Counted from the first letter of the stretch, positions 1 to 16,036 are shown. The stretch is DNA of 64,000 bases from the human T2T-CHM13v2.0 reference genome, Homo sapiens (GCF_009914755.1 NC_060928.1), one strand, 5' to 3'. The notes: generated by a model not told the origin, from the sequence alone. Made by a program: numbers and translations.

Positions 1-1708
1 TGTTTTCCCTTGTCTCTTCTTACATATACTTTTTAAGCCTCCCTGAGCAGTTCACTTAGGGACGGTCCTCCCAATTTTCTATCTTTTGTAATTTTCTTGA
101 AATGTCTGGCCAACTTTTAGTAATGAAGTGAAGTTGTAATATTCCTTGCCCAAGGAGGTTTTCCAAATCAAGGCCTGCATATTGTCCCATTTGCTCCCTC
201 AATCTATTTAAGAATCTAGCGGGTCCCTCATCTTTTTCCTGTTGAACATCAAATGCTCTAGAAAGATTTTGAGTTTGGGGTACTGATTTTTGTATTCCTT
301 TTATTATCATCTCCCTTGGGTCTGGCATGTTTTCCCAGTGATTTGCATTGTTATTGTCCCACTAGGGATCTCGAGAGGGAAATTTATAGTCCATAGGAGG
401 AACACTTTGACCGGGAGTGTGCTCACGTTCCCAAACCACCATAGCGGCCCTCCAAATCATACTTTGTTCTTCCCCAGAAAAGAGGATGCCCAAGATGGAC
501 ACCAATTCAGCCCAAGTGTATATTTGAGGCCCTAGAAATTTATCAATTTGATCTGATACTTCATTAGGGTCATCCAGTAGTGTCTTAGGCTCCTTTTTAA
601 AATTCTGGACTTCTGAACTAGTCAATGGGGCATTTACAAAGCCAATAGCCCTCCCCTCCCCACCCCCTGGTACCTCTCTTGGTGGAAAGAAAGTCGGATC
701 TGTCTCTCTAGGTGTGGAGGGAAATGGAAAGTTTTGAATTTCCTTTTTACATTGTTCTATGTCATGTTGAAGCCCCTTTAATGAGGGATACTTAATAGGT
801 TGGGGGGCAGGCTCACAAGGTAGTAATTCTGCAAAGTCGGGATTATAGGGAGGGGAAGCAATATCAGCAGAGACACCACAAGCGGGGGAGGGATCCGCAG
901 CAGCAGTTGGGGGAATAGAACACGGGCAAGTAACACAGGCAAAGGAGTGCCCTGAAACAGCTGAGGAGTAACCCGAAACCGCAGCTGAAGGGACAGACAG
1001 CACAAGCTGGGGAGTGACCTGGAATGGAAATGGGGGGAGTGGGATGGGGACAACTGGAAGAGTAATGCAAGCTGGGGAAGGACCTGAAACAGAAATGGGA
1101 ACCAGAAGGGCGGGATCGGGGACAGCTGGAAGAAGGATGCAAGCAGAGGAAAGACCTGAAATGGAAACAGGAACCAGAGGGGTGGGATGGGGGACAGCCA
1201 GAAGAAGGATGGAAGCAGGGGAGTGTCCGGAAATGGAAACTGGAGGAGTGGGGTCGGGGGCACTGAATGAAGGAAGATGATCTAGAGGGTCTGATGTGTT
1301 AGTGGTTGTGGGTTGTCTAGACATGGGGACACTTTCCCTTCCAGAGAGGTTGGTTTCTGGTTTTCTCCCTCCGGATTCTAAAGGGTTAAGGAGGACAGGC
1401 CTCTGCCACCAACAGAAGGTGTAATTGATTTCTTCCCAGGAGACAGGGCTCTTATTATTAACATGCTCGATTAAGAGCTGACAAATCGCTCCTCATTTAG
1501 ACCCAAATTTTGGCCAGAAAAGTCAGGGTTTAAGGATGGGTTCTTGAACCCAAATAAAACAATATTTTATCATCTGCTGTTTTCATTCATACTTGGTTCT
1601 CTCATTATCTTTCCAATACTTCAGCATAGGCCCCAAGAGGCTATCAGAAGGAATTTTGTCACTATCTAGACTCCTTAGTTTTCCTGTCTTATTTGAAACA
1701 TTCCCCAC
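1..1708 (-). pseudogene. gag: Disrupted ERV gag (MA-p12-CA)
   Basis: Expected MG start reads GTG GGG AAT (1708-1700); frameshift/stops in MA. One frame is open from ~1492 to 365, then a single TAG (362-364), then the same frame (ORF 56..328) through the MHR; frameshift and stop at LSELLREA*KVYVRRD near the window start. Confidence 0.9.
982..1265. repeat. ~4 copies of a diverged 72-bp (24-codon) tandem repeat in the gag p12 region
   Basis: Unit starts cagctgaag 982, caactggaag 1051, cagctggaag 1123, cagccagaag 1195 (spacing 69/72/72); encodes repeated P(D/H)P..PVSISG.S.A.I.L..V. Confidence 0.85.
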
Positions 1709-1737
1709 CTTAGAGGCCATGTGGTGGGGGAGGCTCC

Positions 1738-1876
1738 AAACTCTCCTATTAGAGGTGTCTAACCCCCTCTTTCTGTAGGCTCACTAAGGCTTTTAAGAGG
1801 GGGTCAAACCTCTCGTATTAGAGGTTTCTCACCTCCCAATTTCTGGAGGCTTATTAACATTTTTAAGAGGAGGTCC
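1738..1876. repeat. Two ~70-bp tandem units in the ERV leader
   Basis: tattagaggt...tttctg(t/g)aggct...ttttaagagg occurs twice; ttttaagagg at 1791 and 1861. Confidence 0.75.
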
Positions 1877-4679
1877 AATATCCCAAGATAAAAACTAGAA
1901 AGAAGCTATCTATGAAACTGCTTTGTGACGTGTGGATTCATCTCACAGATTTAAATCATTCTTTTGATTCAGCAGGCCTATAGTGAAAAACCAAATATCC
2001 TGCAATAAAAACTTGAAAGAAGCTAGCTATGAAAACATGTTGCAATGCTTGAATAAATCAAACAGAGTAAAAACTTCTTTTTGATTCAGCAGGTTGGAAA
2101 ACTATTTTTGTACAATCTGCGAAGGAACATTTGGGAGCCCAATGAGGCCTGTGATGAAAAACCAATATCCCACTGTAAAAACTATAAAGAAGCTATCTGT
2201 GAAAGTGCTGTTCAATGTGTGGATTCATCTCACAGAGTTAAAACTTTCTTTTGTTTCAACAGGTGGGAAACAATCTTTTTGTAGAATCTGTGCAGGGCCA
2301 TTTGGAAGCCCATTGAGGCCTATAGTGAAAAAATGAATATCTTGCAATAACTAAAGAGAAGCAATCTGTGAAAATGCTTTGTGATGTGTGCATTCATCTC
2401 ACAGAGTTAAACCTTTCTTTTGATTCAGCAGGTTGGAAACACTCTTTTTGTGGAAACTGTGAAGGTACATTTGGGAGCTTACTGAGCCCTATTGAAAAAC
2501 CAAATATCCAGCAATAAAATCTAGAAAAAAACTATCTGCGAAAACACTTTGCAATGAGTGGACTCATCTCACAGATTTAAATTTTTCTGTTGACTCCGCA
2601 AGTTGGAAACACTTTTTTTGTAGAACCTGTGAAGGGACCCATGGGAGCCCATAGAGGTCTGTAGTAAAAAACTGAATATCCTGCCATAAAAACTAGAAAG
2701 AAGCTATCTGTGAAAATCCTTTGCAATGTGTGAAGAAATGAAATTGTTAAACCTTTCGTTTTATTCAGCAGGTTGGAAACACTCTTTTTGTAGAATCTGT
2801 GAAGAAATATTTGGGAGCCCTTTGTGGTCTATGGTGAAACACTGAATATCCCATGATAAAAACTTGAAAGAAGATAGCTGTGAAAACACTTTGCAATGTG
2901 TGAATAAATAAAACACAGTTAAACCTTTGTTTTGATTCAGCAGGTTGGAAATGCTCTTTTTATACAGTCTGCGAAGGAACATTTGAGAGCCCATTGAGGC
3001 CTGCAGTGAAAAACAAATATCCTGTGATAAAAACTTGCAAGAAGCTAGCTGTGAAAACACTTCACAATGTGCGAATAAATCAAACACAGTTAAACCTTTG
3101 TTTTGATTCAGCAGGTTGGAAACGCTCTTTTTATACAGTCTGCGAAGGAACATCTGGGAGCCCATTGAGGCCTGCAGTGAAAAACCAATATCCCGTGATA
3201 AAAACCACAAAGAAGGAATCTGTGAAAGTGCTGTATGATGTGTGGATTCATCTCACAGAGTTAAAACTTTCTTTTGATTCAGCAGGTTGGAAACACTCTT
3301 TTTGTAGAATCTGTGCAGGTACATTTGGGAGCCCATTGAGGCCTATGATGAAAAAATGAATATCCTGAGATAAAAACTAAAAGGAAGAAGATGTGAAAAC
3401 GCTTTGTGATGGGTGGATTTATCTCACAGAGTTAAACCTATCTTTTGATTCAGCATGTTGGAAACACTCTTTTTGTAGAATCTATGAAGGGAAATTTGGG
3501 GACCCATTGAAACCTGTAGTGAAAAATCAAATATCTGCAATAAAAACTAGAAAGAAACTAACTGTGAAAACGTTTTGCAATGTATGAATTCATCTCACAG
3601 ATTTAAACCTTTCCTTTGGTACAGCAGGTTGGAAACACTCTTTTTGTGGAAACCGTGAAGGGACATTTGGGAGCTTATTGATTCCTATAGTGAAAAACCA
3701 AATATCCGGTGATAAAAACTAGAAAGAAGCTACCTGTGAAAATGCTTTGCAATGAGTGGATTCATCTCACATAGTTAAACCTTTCTGTTGATTCAACAGG
3801 TTGGAATCTTTTTGTAGAATGTGCAAAGGGATATTTGGGAGCCCATAGAGGCCTACAGTGAAAAATGGAATATTTTGCAATAAAAACTAGAAAGAAGCCA
3901 TCTGTGAAAATGCTTTGCAATGTGTGGATAAATCAAACAGAGTTAAACCTTTCATTTGATTCAGCAGGTTGGAAACACTCTTTTTGTAGAATCTGCGAAG
4001 GGACATCTGGGAGCCTATTGAGTCCTACAGTAAAAAAACGAATATCCTGCAATAAAAACTAGAAAGTAGCTACCTGTGAAAATGCTTTGCTGTGTGTGGA
4101 TTCAACTCACAGAGTTAATCTTTCTTTTGATTCAGCTGGTTGGAAACACTCTTTTTCTAGAATCTGCAAAGGGACATTCGAGAGCCTATTGAAGCCTATA
4201 GTGAAAAACTGAATATCCCATGATAAAAACTAGAAGGAAGCTATCTGTGGAAACACTTTGTGATGTGTGGATTCACTTCATAGAGTCAAACATTTCTTTT
4301 GATTCAGTAGGTTGAAAATGTTCTTCTTGTAGAACCTGTGAAGGGACATTTGGGAACCCATTGGGGCCTACAGTGAAAAACTGAATATCCTGTGATAAAA
4401 CTAGAAAGAAGCTATCTGTGAAAATGCTTTGTGATGTATGCACTCATCTCACTGAGTTAAAACTTTCTTTTGATTCAGCAGGTTGGAAACACTCTATTTG
4501 TAGAATCCGTGAAGGGACATTTGGGAGCCCTATGAGGCCTAGAATGAAAATCCAGTATCCCACAATAAAAACCAGAATGAAGCTATCTGTGAACATGCTT
4601 TGTGATGTGTTGATTCATCTCACAGAGTTATACCTTTCTTTTTATTCAGAAGGTTGAAAACACTCTTGTTGTAGAATCT
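1877..4679 (+). repeat. Diverged ancient-type alpha satellite, ~16-17 monomers of ~171 bp; distal edge of the pericentromeric satellite
   Basis: Recurring aaaactagaaagaagctatctgtgaaa..cattcatctcacagagttaaacctttcttttgattcagcaggttggaaacactctttttgtagaatctg at ~171-bp period; box region reads ctatagtgaaaaa (pJalpha/A-type-like); no CENP-B box seen. Confidence 0.97.
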
Positions 4680-5059
4680 AACAGGAGCATAGAGTCACGA
4701 TGATAAATAAAATGGGCTTGAGATGTTAAAGACATGGGAGAAAGACTTTACAGATATCTTTGAGAGTGGATGAAATAGGATTGACAATTCAAATAAGACA
4801 ATTGAGAATGATATCTTCTTCAAGATAAGCCAGTTGACAGAAGAGGAAGCAGAATGAACTGTATATCTAAAAATCACACACTTACACAACAATCATTCAC
4901 TGGTATGCGAAACACAGTGGTAGGCATTTAGTTGAGAATTAAACAAAAGAGAAATAGTAGTAATATTTTCATGGGAGGGCACTTTATAATGTCTTGACAC
5001 AGATATAAATTAGTAGGTTATTTATATCATAAATGCCTATGTTTTAATGCTTTACTATG

Positions 5060-5990
5060 TTTTTATTGAGGTGAAATTCACATAACATCAAATTAACCAT
5101 TTTAAAGTAAACAATTCAATGTCATTTAGTATATTCACAATGTTGTACAATCACCTCCTCTATCTAGTTCCAAAACATTTTCATCACCCTACAATAAAAC
5201 CCTGTGTCTGTTAAGCAGTTACACCCCACCCCTTCTGACAACTACCAATCCATTCTTTGTTTCTATGGATTTACTTGTTCTGAATGTATTATATAAATAG
5301 AATTATACAATATGTGACCATTTGTGTCTTGCTCCTTTCACTTAGCAAAATGTTTCCAAGGTTCATCCACATTGTAGCACGACTTCATTCCTTTTTATAG
5401 CTGATAATATTCCATTGCATGTATATATTACAATTTGTTTATTCATTCATCCATCCATGGACATTTGGGTTGTTTCTACCTTTTGGCAATTGTGAAAGTG
5501 CTGCTATTCATGTAAAAGTAATTGCTTGAGTGCCTGTTTTAAATTCTTTGGGGTATGTACCTAGGAGTGAAGTTGCTGGGTCAAATAGTAATTCTATGTT
5601 TAAATTTTAAAAGAAATCCCAAATTATTTCCCACAGTGGCTGAACCATTTTACATTCTCACCAGGAAGAGATGAGGCTTATAATTTCTTTACATCTTTAC
5701 AAACACTTGTTATATTCTGTTTTTTCAATTATAACCATCTAAGTGGGTATAAAGTGGTATCTCGTTGTGGTTTTGATTTGCCTTCTCCTAATAATCAATA
5801 ATTTTGGGCATCTTTTCACTTGCTTATTGTTTGTTTGTATATCTTTCTTAGATGAATGTCTATTCAATTCCTTTGTCCATTATAAAATCTTGTTGTCTCT
5901 TTGTTGATGAATTGTAAGAATTCTTTACGTATTCTGGATACCAGGTCCTTGTCGGATGTGATTTGTAAATATTTTCTCTCATGTGAATTG
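5060..5990 (-). mobile_element. Old L1M (L1MB-like) 3' end
   Basis: ttttattgaggtgaaattcacataac..catttagtatattcacaatgttgtacaa..ctagttccaaaacattttcatcaccc is a typical antisense L1MB 3' end. Confidence 0.8.
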
Positions 5991-6856
5991 TATTTTTTCT
6001 AAATAAATTAGATAGATTTAAAATTATCTTTATATTAACTTCAATTTCACTCCCTTGTATTCTCATATTCTTGAGTGGAGACTTGGTTAGGGCCCTGTAT
6101 ACATAAAAACCTATGCTATATATATTGCAGCACTCCTGATCTTAATAAGTCTTTAGGAACAAGTTGCTCATGGGAACATAATTTTTTATGTGTATTATGA
6201 CAGAAAAATGATTGAGAACCACTTTTTTAGACCAAGTGTCTAGATTCAAGAATAGGATTATGTCTTTCTTATTCCTGGGTACCAAAAACTGGTACAGAGG
6301 TATGAAATAATGGCAACGAAGGATACCAACTAACCTAACATGAATAGGAAGTCTCCTGTAATTAAAAAGATAGTGTTTGAATAGCCTTCAACACAGCCTG
6401 CTGACATTTCTATCAGAAGTTTAAAGTATTAAGGGAAACTACTTCTGTAAACTTAATGGCTTAAACTGCATTAAGACTGTTTTTTATTGCGTTAAGACTC
6501 TTAAATCCCAACCTAATGTACTAAGTTCTCAATTATTTCATATGGATGCAGTTTCATTCTTTCTGTCTCTTGGCTCTGCCCTCTGCTGGATTGACTCTCT
6601 TCTTAGACAGGTTTTCCTTTCTAAGGGCAAGATGGCTCAGGTAGCTCTTCCAGGTTTAATACAGAAGGAGAGATGGAGACTCGAGTACCTCAAATACATG
6701 CTGGCTCTGACTGACTTGACTTCAGTCATGTGCCTGTCACTGAACCAATTACAATGGCCAAAGAAATTCAATGAGCTCATTGACTTAGGCCTAGGTCTAA
6801 GAGGAATTACAGGGGCATATGATAACTCTATGTTTAAACTTTTGAAAAACTGTTTT

Positions 6857-10624
<3,768 letters not shown>

Positions 10625-11590
10625 CTTTTGAAAAATTGCTTTCTAAAGCTGCTTTATCATTTTACATTTTCACTAGCAGTGTATAAGGGTTCCAATTTCT
10701 CCCAGATGTGTTGGCCTGTAACACTTTTGCCAAGACCTGTTATCATTTGTCTTTTGATTAGAGCCATCCTAGTAAGTATGAAAGGGTGTCCCACTGAGGT
10801 TTTGAATTGCACTTTCCTAATAAGTAAGATACTGGGAAACTTTTCATATGCTTATTGGACATTTGTGTATATTTTTTGGAGAAGTGTTTATTCAGGTCCT
10901 TTGCCCATTTTGAAATTGAGCTAGTTGTCTTTCTAAAGTTGAGGTGTGAGAGTTCTTTATATGTTCATAATACCAATACCTTGCAAGATATATGATTTGC
11001 AAACATTTTCTCTCATTCTGTGCATGGCCTTTTTACTTTCCTCATGGTGTCCTTAGAAGCACAAAAGTTTTTAATTTTGATGAAGTTCGGTTTATCTGTA
11101 TATTTTGTGTCACTTGTGCTTTTGGTATTATATCTAAGAAACCATTGCCTATTCCAAGTTCACAAAAAAATGTATGCCTACGTTTTCTTATAAGCCTTTA
11201 TTTACAGTTTTAGCTCGTACACTGAAGTCAATGATCCATTTTGAGTTATTTTTTGTATATGGTGTGAGGTAGCAAGGCAAATTTATCCTTTTGCCTGTGG
11301 ATATCCAGTTGTCCCAGCACTGGTTATTGAAAAGACTATTCTTTCTCTGATGAATTGTTTTGGCAGCCTTGTCAAAAATCAATCAACCATAAATGCTTAC
11401 ATTTTTATTTCTGTGCTCTGAGTCTTATCTTATTGATCTACATGTCTATCATTATGCTAGTAACACGTCATCTTGATTACTGTAGATTGGTAGTAAGTTT
11501 TAAAATCTGAAAGTGTGAGCTTCCAAATTTGTTGTTATTTTTCAATATTGTTTTGCCTTTTCAGGGTTCCTTGAATTTCTATACATGACT
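10625..11590 (-). mobile_element. Older L1M ORF2/3' fragment; its other part lies at ~6800-6856
   Basis: ORF 11188..11382 (IFDKAAKTIHQRKNSLFNNQCWDNWIS..YLTPYTKNNSKWI) is L1 ORF2 C-terminal sequence; sequence is continuous across the TSD. Confidence 0.85.
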
Positions 11591-12818
11591 TTTTATCTGT
11601 TTTGCTAATTGCTGTATCCCTAGAGTCTAGCACAGTGCTTGGTACATAGCAAGTGCTCAACAAGTATTGTTAAAACAAATGAATGCATTGTCATAAAATA
11701 ACAATAACAATTACAAAGTGACATCTTTAAAAAAATTTCCTGCTTAGCATTTCTTTCCTCTATTCTTCTGGAAACAGCCTCATGCCTTCTTTGGAGTACT
11801 GCCCCTTCTTTACTAACTTTATGTTGTTCCTTTGGGGCTCCCAATCATAGTACCCAATGGCCCCAGAAGAAGTTATATGATTCAGTCCTGGCCAATTCTA
11901 TTCCATCCCCTGCTGTGCCATAGGCTTAGATATACGCACATGATTTAAGCCCTGCCAATCAAGATCCTGAGATCACACATTTTAAAGAGTGACCCTAAAC
12001 TGCAAGATAATATATCCTTACCAAAATGAGAAGTGTGTGAAACCACACACACAAAAAAACTCAAAACCACCATCACAACCAAAACAAGTCAAAACATACA
12101 TAGAAGTGGAAACAAGACAGTGAGAGGAATCCCTTTGTGTTCCGGTTCCTAGATCAAGTTGACCCTGAGACTAGATTGTGTCTGCTGAACTTGGCAAGAT
12201 TCTTGGTTGCACACAACAAAAGTGACTCTGGTTAACTTATACAGATGATTCATTTAGTGGGAGAGCACTGGGGAGTTCATAGAAAGCATGGAAAGTTTGA
12301 AAACCCTAGCTTATGCAAGAACCAAGCAGTTTAGAGCATAATTTAAGTCCTGCCACAGAGATGGGTCACTTAGGATGCTGCCACTGGCACCAGGCCAGTG
12401 CTCCAGACACTTCCTGCATAATGCTGGACTCTGCTGCTTCTGAATTCTCTGTGTTGCTGTTAGACTCTCAACTTTGCTGGAGTCAAGTGACGATCTCTAA
12501 TACACTCTTGTACCTTTGCACCACGTTGTAAAAGTGAAAAGTCCTGGGCAAGAGTATCTGCTTTTTGTTTTACATGGTCCCAGGCAAGCCACTGGGGCCC
12601 CTCTCTCAATGTCAGGGCCAGTGCTCAATAAATAAGTTTTCTTCTATTAGCATACCTGTTTTGCTTTGTTTTGATTACTCCTTTTTTACCTAAGCTATAC
12701 AGGTTGAACTTTTATCATTTATAACAAAAGTGATCTGACTAAAGGAAACAAAAATAATAGTGAAAGCCACAACAACTTATGAAATTTTATCAGGTACCTG
12801 AATAAGTGTTTTACATGC

Positions 12819-13210
12819 CGTATTAATTTCTTATGACTGCTATAACAAATTACCGCAAATTTTAGTGGCTCAAAACAGCACATATTCATTGTCTTACAGT
12901 TCTTGAATCAGAACCCCAAAATGGCTCTCATGGGATTAAATCCAGGTGTTGTCAGGGCTGTGTTCCTTCTGGAGGCTCTAGGGGAAATCTGTTTCCTTGC
13001 CCTGTTCAGTTTCTAGAGGTCACCACGTTCCTTGGCTCTTGGCTCCTGGCTCCTTCCAGCAATCGCCTTACTCTGACTTTATCACATCTTCTTCTCTGAT
13101 TCCTTCCTTCACTTCTAAGGACACTTGTGATTGCATGAGGCCCACAGTGAGAATCCAGGATAACCTCCCCAGCTCAGGGTCCTTAATCACATCTACAGTC
13201 TCCTTTGCCA
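12819..13210 (-). mobile_element. MaLR LTR, MLT1C/D-like
   Basis: tattaatttcttatgactgctataacaaattacc..ctgtgttccttctggaggctctagggga..gataacctcccc..ttaatcacatct. Confidence 0.8.
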
Positions 13211-15987
13211 TTATCCTGTCTTTCGCATTATGCATTGTCTGTTTGAGTCCCCACAACAGGCCTGTGAGGCAGGTGGCGCCATTGGGCCATTTTAGAGACA
13301 GAAAATCTTGCCTGGAAAGGCCATATAACAATGTCCTCTGTTGGGTGGAAGAGCCAAGATCAAACCTTGGCTATTTCATTGCAAAATGTAGGTGTACCAT
13401 CTTTTTGCAACCCCCACCACCCGGTTTCAATAGATTTGCTGGTTCTATAGTCTTGGGGGAGAAAGTGTGAACAGAATCTGATGGAAGCATTGTCTTCATG
13501 TTTATCCTCTTATGAGATGAATTGTGAAAAGAATGAAAGATACTCTCGAAACCCTTGGGTCCCAAGATTCTGGGAAGAATAGCAACCTAATTCTATGATT
13601 CTTATGCCCAAATATCGGTTTATTCAGCAGCCTCTGTAGGCCAGCCTGGGTCTCAGCCAATAGAGTCCGGCTTATTAAAAAGGGACATGAGTCTCAAACA
13701 CCAGCTCAAATACCAGCCTTTTTAACAAAAAGCTTCAAACACCAGCTTCTTTAACAAAACTAATAGCAATGGTGGTGGCAGCAGCAGCAACAGCATGAGA
13801 TGCGATAAGAAGCTGAAATTCTTCAGGCCCTGGAGTTGCAGGGGAAGGATATGCCGCAAAGAGTGATTGCCTTTAATCTAAGAATAATACAGAGACCAAT
13901 GGGAAAGCAGACTGTTGTTGGATGACAAAACCACAGAGGATTTCAAGTTGCCTGACACCTCTAGACAGGGCCCTAGTGGATATTAAGCACAGAGTGAAAG
14001 TCATCTTTAACATTCAGCAATAGACTTTCAGATCTGGAAAACACCTTAACCTAAAGGTGGCCCACTGGCACTCAACATACTGAGACAGAATAAAAGCTGC
14101 AGACTCTTTTCCTCATGAAATCAACCACTCTAGCTATCCATAGACAAATTCTAGAGTCATCAGACTCAAATCAGAGTCATCTACTAACATAAGTATAAGC
14201 CCGAGACTGCGTATAGAAATAGTACCAGTAGAAACCTGTGGATGAATTTGGAGGGTGATGAGAGAAGTACAGAAAAGCCAACCTATCCCTCAGTACTTCA
14301 CCACATCGTCCAGCCATGGTGGATGAAATGACTACTAGCAAAGAATTTGTCAAATCTTGATTTGTGAAATGTTTATTGAGCTTCTATTATCTGCTAGAGA
14401 CAGTGCTAAATCATCAACAATAGAGTTCTTGCCCTAAAGGAGAGCAAGTCATACAGAGTAGAAGTTTCTATCATGGAAGGAAGGGGTCTGGTAGAGATAA
14501 TGGAGGCTCCCTGGACTTGGGAGGAAAGAGAGTTGGACAAGCTTTGCTCTATGAGCTGTGACTTTCCTGGTTTCAACGGACAGAAACCTAACTTGAACTA
14601 CAGAGGGGGATGGATTGCCATGAGACCAATGCCCTGGAAGGCCAGAGAATTGGCCAGGCCTTGGGAGTGATTGAAACCAGGGGCTAGAAAGTCATCATCA
14701 AGACAAGGCCATTGCATAGGCTGTTCCCTGTGTCTGGAAAGCTCTTTCCTCCAACTTAGTTTATCTTTTGCTCATTGTTCATGTGATTCCAGTCACCTCC
14801 TCAGTGAAGCCTCCCCCTCCTACCACTCAACTCCCTGACTGGATCACACCCAGATTCCTGGCTGTTCCACTCAAGTGTTTGGGGCAAATTAGAAAAAGGT
14901 GATCCCTTTGGCTAGACAGTGCCAGTATGTGAAAAACAGAGTGCCCCTTTTTCTGAGCAAACACAGCTTCTCGCCAGGGCTCTTGGCTTGATGAGCAGAG
15001 TATGACATTTCAGCCCACTTGGCCCCTTGGCTCATGCTGTTTTGTGCAGTGCACAAATTGCACAACTGTATACAGCAACTGAGCCAGATTCCATAGCTCT
15101 CAAAAAAAACTGTGCACTTTTTCATCTCACTACTTGTTAAAATGGTAGTTTTACTTTGCTTACATGATTATTTAAGGCAAGCCCCATGAGGGCAGCAACT
15201 GGGTCCATTCTTGCTCAATGTATAATGCCTAGAGCCCAGGACAGTGTCTGACACATTGAAGGCCCTGGATAAATAATGGTTGTTTCATGAATGAAATGAA
15301 TATGCAAGGAAATGAGTGTTTCTGCCTATTTCTCTTAGACTAGCTTTTTCTATGAGGTGGGAGCCATGGTTACTGGTAGCTATGAGCTCACAGCCAGAGA
15401 AGGCTGCTTCTCCTTAATTCTAATTTTTAGAATTCCAGGGAAGGATGTTCATTGGTCCAGCTGAGATCACATGCTCTCTGGGAGTGGGAGTCTCCCTGAC
15501 TGGCAACCCCTATTAAAACTTTGTTGCATAAATGGTGGAGTAAAGAGTTTCCCAATAGATGAAGGAGTCCTTCTCAGCCAAAGACAGGAGGGCTAAACAG
15601 AAACAACTCCAGATGTCCCCCAAACAGCCCACTGATGCCCACAGGCTGGCCACTTCTGTGTCTTCCTTTCCTCACCTGTGAAAGGGGAGAATGTGCTGAG
15701 CTCACCTCTGAGATTATCTAGCCCCAAGATTCCATTCCCTTTTGTTCTGGTTCTGGTTCTGGTTCTCCTGCAAAATTCTGTTCTAGTGCTGGAGGCAGTA
15801 AGCGGAAAAAGACATGACTGTGGGGAGCCTCAGTCAAGGAAGGCTTAATGGAGGTGAGCTTTAAGCTGTGGCATCAAGGTGGATGAGGATTTGTATACCA
15901 AGAGTAGAAGGGGGGAGATTTTGCAGAGTGGGAGCCTGGCTTGGGGAAGTATTTTAGGTTTTGGTGTTGAGCCATTTGTTTGTTAGG

Positions 15988-15990
<3 letters not shown>

Positions 15991-16036
<46 letters not shown>

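Larger units (their letters stand above)
1..1876 (-). mobile_element. Class I (gamma-like) endogenous retrovirus internal fragment, HERV-I/HERVIP10-like: leader plus gag; 5' LTR/PBS absent; continues off the left edge
   Basis: Minus-strand translation gives Gag motifs (MA ..LKYWKDNERTK..FWPKFGS..ICQLLIEHVNNKSPVS; CA GFVNAPLTSSEV..YTWAEL..WEREH; MHR QQEKDEGPARFLNRLRE). Family assigned from remembered HERV-I group Gag sequence. Confidence 0.85.

Noticed and set aside
1877-4679. Regular repeats as a CRISPR array, or the ORFs here as repeat proteins
   Set aside because: Contiguous 171-bp alpha-satellite monomers with no unique spacers; 171 is divisible by 3, which produces spurious 57-aa periodic ORFs.
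1877-4679. Active centromere core / CENP-B boxes
   Set aside because: No TTCG....A..CGGG box seen; monomers are highly diverged and the array is short and ERV-interrupted.
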